NCBI RefSeq assembly: GCF_006345805.1
Contig: NC_043018.1
Location: 15,128,001-15,192,000, forward strand
Source: Octopus sinensis
Taxonomy: Eukaryota
Length of the DNA: 64,000 nt
Direction: 5' to 3'
Under the pieces are notes generated by a model, which worked only from the letters and a program-made list of their open reading frames with translations, was not told the DNA's origin and ran no database searches. Below, piece after piece: positions 12,051 through 23,383 of this stretch (the first letter of the stretch is position 1; every line of letters starts with the position of its first letter). Made by a program: the position numbers and the translations under genes.

Positions 12051-12169
12051 TTGGAACCTTTGCTTCATATAGTAATAGTTAGATGTTCTGAAGAGTCTAA
12101 TATTTTGAACGGAAGTAGAGTGTTATAGTTTCGCTACTAATTTTAACAGTATCTACACACACACACACA

Positions 12170-12209
<40 letters not shown>

Positions 12210-14074
12210 TGCACATGCACACACTACAGGCATGGCTGTGTGGTAACAATTTTTTCTTCTCAACCACATGGTCTTGGGTTCAGTCCCACCACGTGCCACA
12301 TTACACAAGTGTCCTTTACTATAGCAGTGACTCTCAACCATTTTTTGGCTGTGGACCCCTTTGGTTGCTATTTTCCTCTACTCGATCTCCATAACCATTT
12401 GATGTTTAAAAAATCTTATTGTATTTTAATAATCAATATTATCAGGAATTTATCCCAAAATTGTTAAACTGTTTTGTATATTGTAGAATTATGAACAATT
12501 TATTGCACTTGAACTTTAGCAGAAAAATCTTATATGGACCTGCCACTTAAATTGTCTATCTTATATGACTTAGATTTGATAAACTAGTCTATAAATTAAA
12601 CCCCCCCCCACCGACCAATAGTAAATCTGAATAACAGAAATGATCAGTGATAAGCAGCGTCGTTTTTGAAAAAATCTCAGTTCCAACTGTGATGTTGGTA
12701 AAACATGTTCTTCCTAAGCTGCTCTTATATCATGGAGATTTGGTTCCAAAGATTTTCTCTGGTGCCGAGTGCTACTGATAAACGGTTGTCTCTTCTTGAC
12801 AATCAGATCCATAGACACATCTTGTGCTAATGGAAGGCCATTGTAAATGGGATGTTTGATCCCCGTGACCCAGTGCTACAGGGAGAACGTCAGCCGGCAA
12901 CTTGACCACCTGAAGAATCGGATTTGGCAGAAATCAGTGAATCACTTGCAGTGGAATATCATAAACCGAAGAAGCAGCTGTAGTTACTCGCTTATTGTGA
13001 GGTGACACTGTGCTTATCACTGAACCAGTTACAGTTGCTGTCGGCTGATAAGCGATGCCCCTGGCTTTTCCTTTCGTTCAGTCTTTGGGTCCGTATATTA
13101 TGGTGTCATACTCTTTTACTCTTTTACTTGTTTCAGTAATTTGACTGCGGCCATGCTGGAGCACCGCCTTTAGTCGAGCAAATCGACCCCGGGACTTATT
13201 CTTTGTATTATATCGTTCACTTTTGCCGAACCGCTAAGTGACGGGGACAGAAACACACCAGCATCGGTTGTCAAGCAATGCTAGGGGGACAAACACACAC
13301 ACATACATATATATACGACAGGCTTCTTTCAGTTACCGTCTACCAAATCCACTCACAAGGCATTGGTCGGTCCGGGGCTATAGCAGAAGACACTTGCCCA
13401 AGATACCATGCAGTGGGACTGAACCCGGAACCATGTGGTTGGTAAGCAAGCTACTTACCACACAGCCACTCCTGCGCCTATGTCATGGAGAAAATAATAA
13501 AATAAATTACGAATCTTTGAAAACTGAAATATCACTTCCCTGCATGCCATCGCGATGCCATGAAAAATATTGTTTTGTTTTGTTTTTATACACATATGAC
13601 GTTTTTTTTTATATCCTTTATAAGACATTTTTAATAAAACGTTACCAAAGTAAACATTATTAATAAAAGGAAATGTACATATTACAACAAATTTTCGTCT
13701 ACGAGGAAATTTTGCTGCAAGTTGTTATCTGTAATCTCTCGCCTTAAACCTGAATTTAACCCCCAACCCCAACCATAATAGGCTTTCAATTGGTTGATAT
13801 AACATCGTCTGCTGGATGGAATGTCGAGAATTATTAAATCTGACTGGCTAGAGTCACAAAAATAAAATTTACAAAAACGGTGTTTGTGTAACAAGAGGGG
13901 GTCGAGACTGGGAAAGGTGGTGGTCAATTGTAAGAGTGGTATGGCAAGTGGCAGGTCGTCGCGAAGCGTTGATTTAGTGCGATGACGGAAAAAAAAGTGT
14001 TGATTGAGCAAAGAGAGTCGCGCTATTATGGGAGGGGAATAAGGACGGGGGTTGGCATCTATGGAGAGAGAGAA

Positions 14075-14137
<63 letters not shown>

Positions 14138-14370
14138 TCTGTTAAAGTCATTGAATTAGATCACATTCTCCTCTCGTTTACAGACGAGAGGGGGAAAGAT
14201 ACAATAAATAAAATATTTAAATATAATTAGTGGAAAAGAAAGTGCGATTAACGATAATTATTGTTACAATCCTATTCCTCTTCCTTCTTTTTTCGGATAA
14301 TTTTAGGTGAATTTTTAGTCGCTGGTGAATTTGCAGTGTCGCTACAACGTCGGACAAATGCCTTATAATA

Positions 14371-15477
14371 TAGGGTGTCCCAAAAGTCACTGATGAGTTT
14401 CAATTTTTAATAACTTCGTTTAACTTTACAAATAAATGCATGAAATTTTGATACAATATGAAGTACATCATGGAATGAAATTATTTAACCTTTTCCTTCT
14501 CTTTTCACATTTTATGTGCTTTCATTTGAACGCGTTCATCAACAAGCAAAATTGCCGTTTTGGGGTCTCTGAGCATCCGAGAACAGTACACCTGCGAAAA
14601 CTGCACCCTGCAAAGGTGCACGGTGTTGTTGTTATATATATATAATGTATTGAGTATTAAAGGAAGTAGTGAGTACTTAGTATGAAAGATTAAGAAAATG
14701 AGAGAGACTGAAAAAACGTGTTAACGATACGAGATACTTTATTAGACTGCCGTTGTTGTACAAGGTATTTGTTGTGGCGGGAAACTTACTGAATGTCCTT
14801 GTATCAAGGGAGACAATGGGCAACGTTGATTGTTCATGTTTGTTGTGATGATTACATAACACACGGTATGGTGTGGATTGACAGCAGATTAAAATCATCG
14901 GTTCATATTTCTTTGAGGACGATGACGGAAATGCTGTCACGGTGACTGGAGAATAGTACAGAACCATGGTTAAGACCTCTTTGCACCCGGCCATTCAAAG
15001 TAGACCTCACACAAGGTTCCAGCAAGATGGGGCAACTGCAAGAGTAACAATGCAGTTGCTATGGCAGTGCTTTGGAGAGAGAATAATCTCTCGCTACTGC
15101 AATGTCAACTGGCTTTCACGTTCCTCGGATTTTTTTCTCATGGGGAAACCTGAAAGAGATAGTTTACGTCAACAAACTGGAGACCCTGGCGCAACTGAAG
15201 GAGAACATCAATGAAAAAATCAGAGAAATGATGTCTGAAACTCTTGAGGGTGTTATGGTGCAAGTTTTGGAAAGAGCACGGGCGTACGAAGCCGAAAATA
15301 GCTGCCATTTAAGCAATGTCGTTTTTCATATGTGATGTTGAGGAGCTGCAAAATTTGACTTGTGCATATTAATTTCCATTATGTCCTTTATAAAGTATCA
15401 AACTTACATGCATTTATTTGTAAAGTTAAGGAAGTTATTAAAAATTGAAACCCATCAATGGCTTTCGGTACATCCTG
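14371..15477 (+). mobile_element. Tc1/mariner-superfamily DDxD (rosa/DD41D-like) element, decayed, interrupted by a solo LTR
   Basis: ~47-bp TIRs (tagggtgtcccaaaagtcactgatgagtttcaatttttaataacttc / gaagttattaaaaattgaaacccatcaatggctttcggtacatcctg). Motifs KVTVWCG, FQQDGAT, WGNLKEIVY. Confidence 0.75.
14624..14861 (-). mobile_element. Solo LTR (238 bp, TG...CA), 5-bp TSD CACGG
   Basis: TSD at 14619-14623 and 14862-14866; AATAAA on the minus strand at 14743-14738. Identical to 26427-26664. Confidence 0.85.
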
Positions 15478-17334
15478 TGTTTAGTAACAAATCGTTCCAT
15501 TTCTGAGTTAAAATCCAGCCAAGCCGATTTTATTTCATATTATTTCCGGTGTTGATAAAATAAAGCACCGATCAACTATTGAAATCGGTATATTCGAATG
15601 TCCTTCTCCGCTTCCCTCAAAATCTAAAGCAAAATCTAATTATGTGACAAATTATTATGACGTAAATCTGGATTATTCCTCTTTTTGGAGAACTTAGCTA
15701 AAAGTTTGGCACGAAGAAAATATATTGTTTCCGTGTTATTTCATTGTGGTATTAAAATGTAGAATTAAAATGTGGTATAAAAATCACGATCAGTTACTCT
15801 TGCAGTTGCCCCATCTTGCTGGAACCTTGTAATTGCACCTGTTAAAACTGGTAAAGATAAAAGTAAAATTTCGATAATAAAAACAGGTTATACAAACAAC
15901 AGGAGTCGTTCTATTAATATTCCTTGAAATTTTGGCTCAAGGCCAGCAAGTTTGTAGGAAGGGCTAAGTCAATTGAATTGACCCCAGTGTTCAACTGGTA
16001 CTTATTTTATCGACCTGGTAAGAATAAAAGGTAAAGTCGACCCCCCGGCGGAATTTGAACTCAGAACGTAAAGACGGACGAAATACCCATTTCTTTATTA
16101 CCCACAAGGGGCTAAACATAGAAGGGACAAACAAGGACAGACATAGGTATTAAGTCGATTATATCGACCCCAGTGCGTAACAGGTACTTATTTTATCGAC
16201 CTGGAAAGAATAAAAGGTAAAGTCGACCCCCGGCGGAATTTGAACTCAGAACGTAAAGACGGACGAAATACCTATTTCTATTTCTTTACGACCCACAAGG
16301 GGTTAAACACAGAGAGGACAAACAAGGACAGACAAACGGATTAAGTCGATTATATCGACCCCAGTGCGTAACTGGTACTTATTTTATCGACCTGGAAAGA
16401 ATAAAATGTAAAGTCGATCCCCGGCGGAATTTGAACTCAGAACGTAAAGACGGACGAAATACCGTTAAGTATTTCGTCCGGCGTACTAATGATTCTGTCA
16501 GCAGAGTTACTTCTACACGTGAGAAAGCGAAAAGAAGTGAGTGAGGTGCATGGCTATGCAGGTACACAATGTCATAAACATTTGATGCATGAGCAGACAA
16601 ACAAGAAATCGTCACAAGAAAGATTTACACAAATCTTTATTATTAACCCCCAAAAAATAGAGAACATACATACATATATATATATAATCTCTTACAGAAA
16701 ATATAGTTTCGTAAACACTCAATTTCAATATATTTTTAGATTTTTAAAATATTGGTGGATATAGGGCTAACCATCTTTTTCAGTTATTTCAAGAGTATAC
16801 ACAACAGAAAATTTCTAGAATTTTGCTTTCTGGAAAGAAAATGCTAGAATTTACATTCAAGAATAATCTAAAGCCCCGTGGTTAAAGTAACTTATTATGA
16901 CTTTATCAGTGAGTACAGTGCAATACCCATGCATTATGCCTGATCTCCATGATGTTACAAACTGATGTAGGTGTTCGGAATGAGGAAATTACATGTAGTT
17001 GATGTAGTAGAAAATATTCCCATGAAAAATTTTTTGTCATTCATCCTCAAACCAGAGCTAAAGTGTTAATTCTGAGAACACAGTGACTCAGCTGAAGAAA
17101 ACAAAGGTAAATGCGATTCATGTTCAACCGGGTTATTAAATATATTGTTAATGAATGAATTCTTTAAAAAAATAGTTCCATACCGTGTAAATTCATAATA
17201 AAATATAAAAAAATAAAAGAAAACTTTAATTTAAAGTCCCAAAATATGATATATGATATGTCATATAAATATATGTGTGTAAATACAATGCCAACACATA
17301 CGTTTAACTTTGTTTAGAAAATTCTTTTAAAGTT

Positions 17335-17519
17335 CTAAAGAACTGAAAATATGAACACAATTCCTGTTTTATTAAATGAGTAATTGGAAACTTCTTTATC
17401 AGATATCATTTTCCATTTCTTCTCTTCTTCAAGGCGGTGGAATAGGGGCAGTAGTTTGTCTTTGTAGTCTAATACATAAGTGAGGTACTCCTTTCTCATC
17501 ACAATGACTACGTGACCAC
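17335..17519 (-). CDS. METTL27: METTL27-like exon 5 (GHVVIVMRKEYL...GIVFIFSVL*), terminal exon
   Basis: Acceptor TATATCAACAG, phase 1, stop TAG at 17337-17335. The spliced CDS is 702 nt = 233 aa plus stop, with no internal stops. KKGG + hydrophobic strand + R resembles the KPGG motif. Confidence 0.92.
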
Positions 17520-17759
17520 CTGTTGATATAAATAAGGATATAAGGTCAAGTTTCATAATTTGCGACTCAAACTTACTTTTTGCCGATCTTCAGACATTTC
17601 AGAAAAATGGAACATGAAATTTGGCATTTTACAAGCATACAGTAATATATTTAGATATAGCGATGTTGGATCATTTGACATTAAGTATCAATGTATATTG
17701 CTGAATAAAGGTAGAAAAATAGAATTGTAAAAAAAGAATAAATATAGATTATATAAATA

Positions 17760-18147
17760 TCTTTATATATAAAAGTGAAGTTGTGTGTCTGTCTCCTACG
17801 ATTTAGATTCCTAACTACTCCCACATTTTGCGGTGCAGTTTAACCCAAACCGGGTATCTTATAGTCGTGATTCATATCGAGCCCTTCTGGGTATTAGCGC
17901 GCGTCTACGATTTAAAAAAAAATTTACCATCATTTTTTTCCATTTTAATGCATTTTTTCGCTATTATATAAGGGAAGTAACTCTCTAAAAATGTCTACGA
18001 TGAGTCAACGATTTAAAAAAAAATTTAACATAATTTGTTTTCCATTTTTAATGCATTTTTTTGCTATCTTTTTGGCTATAACTCTCTAAAAATGCTTATA
18101 TAGTTATTTCCCTTACAAACCCGAGCAACGCCGGGCGATACTGCTAG
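17760..18147 (+). mobile_element. Non-autonomous Helitron
   Basis: A|TC 5' end, subterminal hairpin CCCGagcaacgcCGGG (18120-18135), CTAG|T 3' end, no TSD. Related copies at 53085-53564 and 60152-60663. Confidence 0.8.
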
Positions 18148-18698
18148 TTCATAATAAAGATGATAGATTATATAAAGCAAAATAGATAGCATGTATGTAC
18201 ACGTGTGTACATAATCCTTTCTAATAAAGGCACAAGGCCTGAAATTTTGGAGGAGGGAACTATTCGATTACACCGGCCTCAGTGTTTCACTGGTACTTAA
18301 TTTATCGACCCCGAATGGATGAAAGGCAAAATCAACATCGGTGGTATTTGAACTCGGATTGTAGCGACGGGCGAAATACCGAGAAGCAAGTGTCTCCTAC
18401 GATAGCCTTGGGCCGACCAAAGCCTTGTGAATGAATTTGGAAGACAGAAACTGAAAGAAGCCCGACGTATATACATGTGTGCGTTGTGTGTGTGCATGTT
18501 GTCCCCAATCATCGCTCGACAACTGATGTTAGTGTGTTTACGTCCCCGTAATATTAGCGGTTCGGCAAAAGCGACCGATAACATAAGTACTAGGCTTACA
18601 AAAATAAACCCTGGGGTAGATTTGTTCGACTAAAGGTGGTGCTCCAACATGACCACAGTCAAATGACTGAAACAAGTAAAAGAATATATATACATACA

Positions 18699-18945
18699 CA
18701 GGGTGTTCAAAAAGTCAATCCGCAGTAAGTGTTTGATTGCAAAATAAATGTTTTATAAGATGGTATAAAACTACAAAAGAATAAATTAGACTTTACAAGA
18801 CTTAAAAAAACCCCAAAAAACTTTATAAGAGATGTTGAAAGTGTCGTCTTTCACTTTCGATACATAAGTTGTCTCTTCTACCCATTTCTTGAAATACAGC
18901 TTGGAAAAAGAATTCACTGCGGAGAGACTTTTTGAACATCCTCTG
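18699..18945. mobile_element. Tc1/mariner-type MITE
   Basis: TIRs cagggtgttcaaaaagtcaatccgcagt / actgcggagagactttttgaacatcctctg. Confidence 0.65.
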
Positions 18946-19699
18946 TGTGTGTGTGTGTGTGTTATAGTTTCAGTGAGGATGTTTAAACTTCTTATAGTGA
19001 TATTTTATCCAAGAGACACTGGTTTAATATATTTTGAAGAGATGTTTCTTCAATGAATATATTATAATAATAATAATAATAATAATAATAACATTGTGTA
19101 CAGTGCTCAGGTGCACTACAACTCATCTAAAGTGCATATATAATCAGGTGTAGTTTCGACAGATTTCGGAAAGCATGAGGGCCTTAAAAGATATAAAATA
19201 TCGTAAAAGATTAATTATTATCGAGTATGAGCGTGTGTGTGGGCGTGTGTGTGTGTGTGTATGTGTGGGCGTGTGTGTGTGTGTGTGTGCATGCAAGTCT
19301 GTGTGTTAGTCCAGCACCACCACGTGACAACCGGTGTTGGTGTGTTTACGTCTCCGTAACTTAGCCGTTCGACCTAAGACACCGACAGAATAAGTGACAA
19401 GCTTTAAAAAAAATCAGTACTAGGGCTGATTCATTCGCCTAAAAAAAGAAAACTCCCTCAAGGGGGTGCCCCAGAATGGCCGCAGTCTAATAAGAGAAAT
19501 AAGTAAAAGATAAACTTCTCATTTGAACATAATCCCCAGCGAAGATTCGACCTACAACACTATATTTCGACTCGCATCATTGGCGCCAGACACCTATCAA
19601 CGAGTTAACTCCCTTGCATTATATATTTTTTTAAACGTGCACAATTGCCTATATAAGCGTAATTTTTACACTTACACACGCGTACACATATAAATATAT

Positions 19700-20020
19700 T
19701 TGTTCACTCACATACATACATACATACATACATACACACAAACATACATACATACATACATACATACATACATACATACATACATACATACATACATACA
19801 TACATGCATACATGCATACATACAAATATACATACATACATACATACATGCATGCATGCATAGTACATACATACATACATACATAATACATACATACATA
19901 ATACATACATACATAATACATACATACAAACTTACATACATACATACATACATACAAACATACATACAAATACACATACATACATACACACATACATACA
20001 TACATATATACATACATACA
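19700..20020. repeat. (TACA)n microsatellite; similar arrays at 58970-59340 and 63775-64000
   Basis: Direct reading. Confidence 0.95.
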
Positions 20021-20635
20021 GTTACCTAGCTAACTAGCTTCTATAATCGAATTACAAAGTTATATTCATACTACTAATAATTGGTTTTGTTAGTAAATGT
20101 CTGACTGCTAGCTGGATAAGCGTGGAATTTCAGTAAAAGAAATCAGCGAACTGACTCACACATCACAACGACAACGAGCAGCGGAGCTTGGGCTGGTAGC
20201 TGACCACACCAAGTTGCCGGTGGAAAAGGTATCATAGCATGTGGCATCCCAAGGGGTCAACCGCCACGGAACGGGAAAATTGTCGAACTAACAGTAAAAC
20301 TATGCAGGACTTTTCTCAGGTTTAAAATGTGACATTGTTTTCGTTATCTACATTCCAAAGATGGATCTTTATATCTTTGTTAGAAACCAGCTCCTTCTTC
20401 AAAGGAAGAATCTAGATTAATTAAAAACAGAAACGAACATACATAGGCGTATGTTCGGTAAGTGGCTGTGTGGTAAGTAGCTTGCTAACCAACCACATGG
20501 TTCCGGGTTCAGTCCCACTGCGTGGCATCTTGGGCAACTGTTTTCTGCTATCGCCCCGGGCCGACCAATGCCTTGTGAGTGGATTTGGTAGACGGAAACT
20601 GAAAGAAGCCCGTCGTATATATGTATATATATAAA

Positions 20636-20944
20636 ATTAATTAAGGGTAGAAATTGATATTTATCAATTAAGACCAGTGGTCTAGCATATTAAAAAAGAA
20701 TCCGAAGATTAAAATATTTATATATACCAATTAAGGACTGAACACGAAAAGTGGACAGTCAACATGCTAGATATAGACGTCAAATCGCCATTCACCACAA
20801 AAGATTATGTTCTCAGATCAAACTCAGCACAAAACCTGTGCTGAGTTTGATCTGAGAACATAATCTTTTGTGGTGAATGGCGATTTGACGTCTATATCTA
20901 GCATGTTGACTGTCCACTTTTCGTGTTCAGTCCTTAATTGGTAT
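20636..20944 (-). mobile_element. PLE-type terminal fragment ending in a perfect 108-bp palindrome (arms 20724-20831 and 20837-20944, loop AAACC), inserted in the (TA)n of a family A SINE
   Basis: Arms verified base by base as exact reverse complements. Shares accagtggt..tat and caaaacctgt with the 7870-8015 fragment. Confidence 0.75.
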
Positions 20945-20945
20945 G

Positions 20946-21025
<80 letters not shown>

Positions 21026-21956
21026 TGTGTCTGTGTTTGTCACCCTAGTATTGCTTGACAACCGATGCTGGTGTGTTTACGTCCCCGTCACTTAGCGGTT
21101 CGGCAAAAGAGACCGATAGAATAAGTACTGGGCTTACAAAGAATAAGTCCCGGGGTCGATTTGCTCGACTAAAGGCGGTGCTCCAGCATGGCCGCAGTCA
21201 AATGACTGAAACAAGTAAAAGAGTAAAAGAGAGATGCATGTGTGTGTGTGGGGGGGGGTGAAAGGTTTCTTTATTCTTAAGACTTAAACGCAGAACGCAG
21301 AGTTTAAAGTGTTCGATAATAACTATAGACGCTCTTTGTTGTTTGTCCCTTCTCGAGCCACGCATGGCTCATAAGGGCCGGTTTCCCGGTTTCCTTGGCG
21401 TATAGGTTCCTCACCTGGACGCGACGCCGGTCCGTCGCAGGTGAGCTGCAAGATGCAGGAGGAAAGAGTGAGAGAAAGTTGTGGCGAAAGAGTCATCAGA
21501 AGTTCGCTATTACCTTCTGCCGGAGCCGCGTGAAGCTTAGGTGTTTCGCTCATAAACACACACACACAGCCCGGTCTGAGATTCGAACCCGCGATCCCTC
21601 GACCACGAGCCCGCTGCACTAACAAGTAGGCCATGTGCCTCCACATAGACACTCTTTAGGGATCTTCATTTCATATACAAGCCTACAAGAGTGGATTTAT
21701 GTAGTCAATCGACATACTAAAAATAGACGCCAAAATCACTCTTGCGTTGCTATCTGTCTCTCTATCACTCTGGCCAGGTATTGAAAAGGACACTTTTGAT
21801 ACTATAATACGCGATATACAACGGAGGTAATTTGAGATGGCCAACATAGTTGGAGTGCCTTTCATTGTGGGTCAGCTCACACGAGAATGAGAAACCAACA
21901 CCGACGACAAACATTTTATGCATTCCAGAGTAAATTTAGAAATATAAATTAGTTAC

Positions 21957-22049
21957 CTTTTTTCACCAGATCGATCATTTTAGGAACTGCATCTGCTGGT
22001 ATATGGCCTTCTCCCATTCCTCCACAAATGACTAATGCATCGTATGAGT
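21957..22049 (-). CDS. METTL27: METTL27-like exon 4 (DSYDALVICGGMGEGHIPADAVPKMIDLVKKG)
   Basis: Acceptor TTATTCCACAG, donor G|GTAACT, 93 nt, phase 1/1. YDA-hydrophobic-G...GH(I/V) segment typical of WBSCR27-like proteins. Confidence 0.92.
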
Positions 22050-22256
22050 CTGTGGAATAACAAGAAATAATTGCAGAGAAACATGAAATGAAGTACTTTG
22101 TCCCAGAACACAGCGCATGGCTCGGTCCAGAAATTGAACCAGCGATCGAGCGATCATGAGTGCAACACACAAACCACTAGGCCACTTGCATACACAATAA
22201 GCTATAAATAACAGTGTGTATATATTGGGTTAAAATCCCCTTTTGGTAGGAAAAAA

Positions 22257-22922
22257 TTGACCCCTGGATCCATTCTTTGTAAGCTTAGAACTTATTCTAC
22301 CGATCTATTTTGCCGAACCGCTATCTTACGGGAACACAAACACATCAGCATCGGTTGTCAAGCGATGGCGGGAGTACAAACACAGACACACACATATATA
22401 CACATATACATACATATACGACGAGCGTCTTTCAGTTTCTGTCTACCAAATCCATTCACAAGGCTTTGGTCGGCCCGAGGCTACAGTGGAAGACACTTGC
22501 CCAAGGTGCCACGCAGTGGGACTGAACCCGGAACCATGTGGTTGGGAAGCTTCTTACCACACAGCCAAACCTGCACCAAGATATATATATATATATATAT
22601 GGGCTGTGTGGTAAGTAGCTTGCTTGCGAACCACATGTTTCCGGGTTCAGTCCCACTGCGTGACACCTTGGGCAAGTGTCTTCCACTGTAGCCTCGGGCT
22701 GATTAAAGCCTTGTGAGTGGATTTGGTAGACGGAAACTGAAAGAAGCCCGTCGTATATATGTATATGTATGTATGTGTGTGTATATGTTTGTATGTCTGT
22801 GTTTGTCTCCCCAACATCGCTTGACAACCGATGGTGGTGTGTTTACGGCCCCGTAACTTAGCGGTTCGGCAAAAGTGACCGATAGAATAAGTACTAGGCT
22901 TCCAAAGAATAAGTCCTGGGGA
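22257..22922. mobile_element. Head-to-head inverted pair of family A SINEs (22257-22568 minus; 22602-22922 plus) in intron 3
   Basis: Direct reading; ~33-bp spacer; the pair ends ~30 nt from the exon 3 donor. Confidence 0.85.
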
Positions 22923-22951
22923 AGAAATTTCACAAATAAAAGTTGGCTTAC

Positions 22952-23084
22952 CGTTTGGAATATCGATATCTTTATCAAAGTATTTGCAGTAGAAGTTTGT
23001 ATAAACTCCTTTTACTTTGGCCTTCTCCAGCATGGCAGCTGACGGGTCGAGTGCATCGATGTTCTTGAAATTAAGTGATGCCAA
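22952..23084 (-). CDS. METTL27: METTL27-like exon 3 (LASLNFKNIDALDPSAAMLEKAK...DIDIPN), motif II
   Basis: Acceptor TTTTTTTACTTAAG, donor G|GTAAGC, 133 nt, phase 0/1. Acidic residue at the end of beta2 (ALD) followed by SxxML. Confidence 0.92.
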
Positions 23085-23303
23085 CTTAAGTAAAAAAAGG
23101 AATAGTAAAGAACATTAATGAAAATATGTATTGGAGCACAGACACACTAAGTAAAGAAATTTGGTCAAACTCCAGTGTCCGACCCGAGTCTTCAACTTTC
23201 AATGGAGTCACATGGCACTGTCCTTACATCCGGAGTGTCTCTGCATCTTAACTTGGTGCAGTTCATCCCTCTCCAGATCTGATTACAGCCAACTTCTCGA
23301 ACA

Positions 23304-23383
<80 letters not shown>

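Noticed and set aside
2676-16500. CRISPR-like repeat-spacer arrays (184-bp units; X-module-X units)
   Set aside because: The units are long and the intervening parts are homologous, not unique spacers; no cas genes; eukaryotic intron-containing context.
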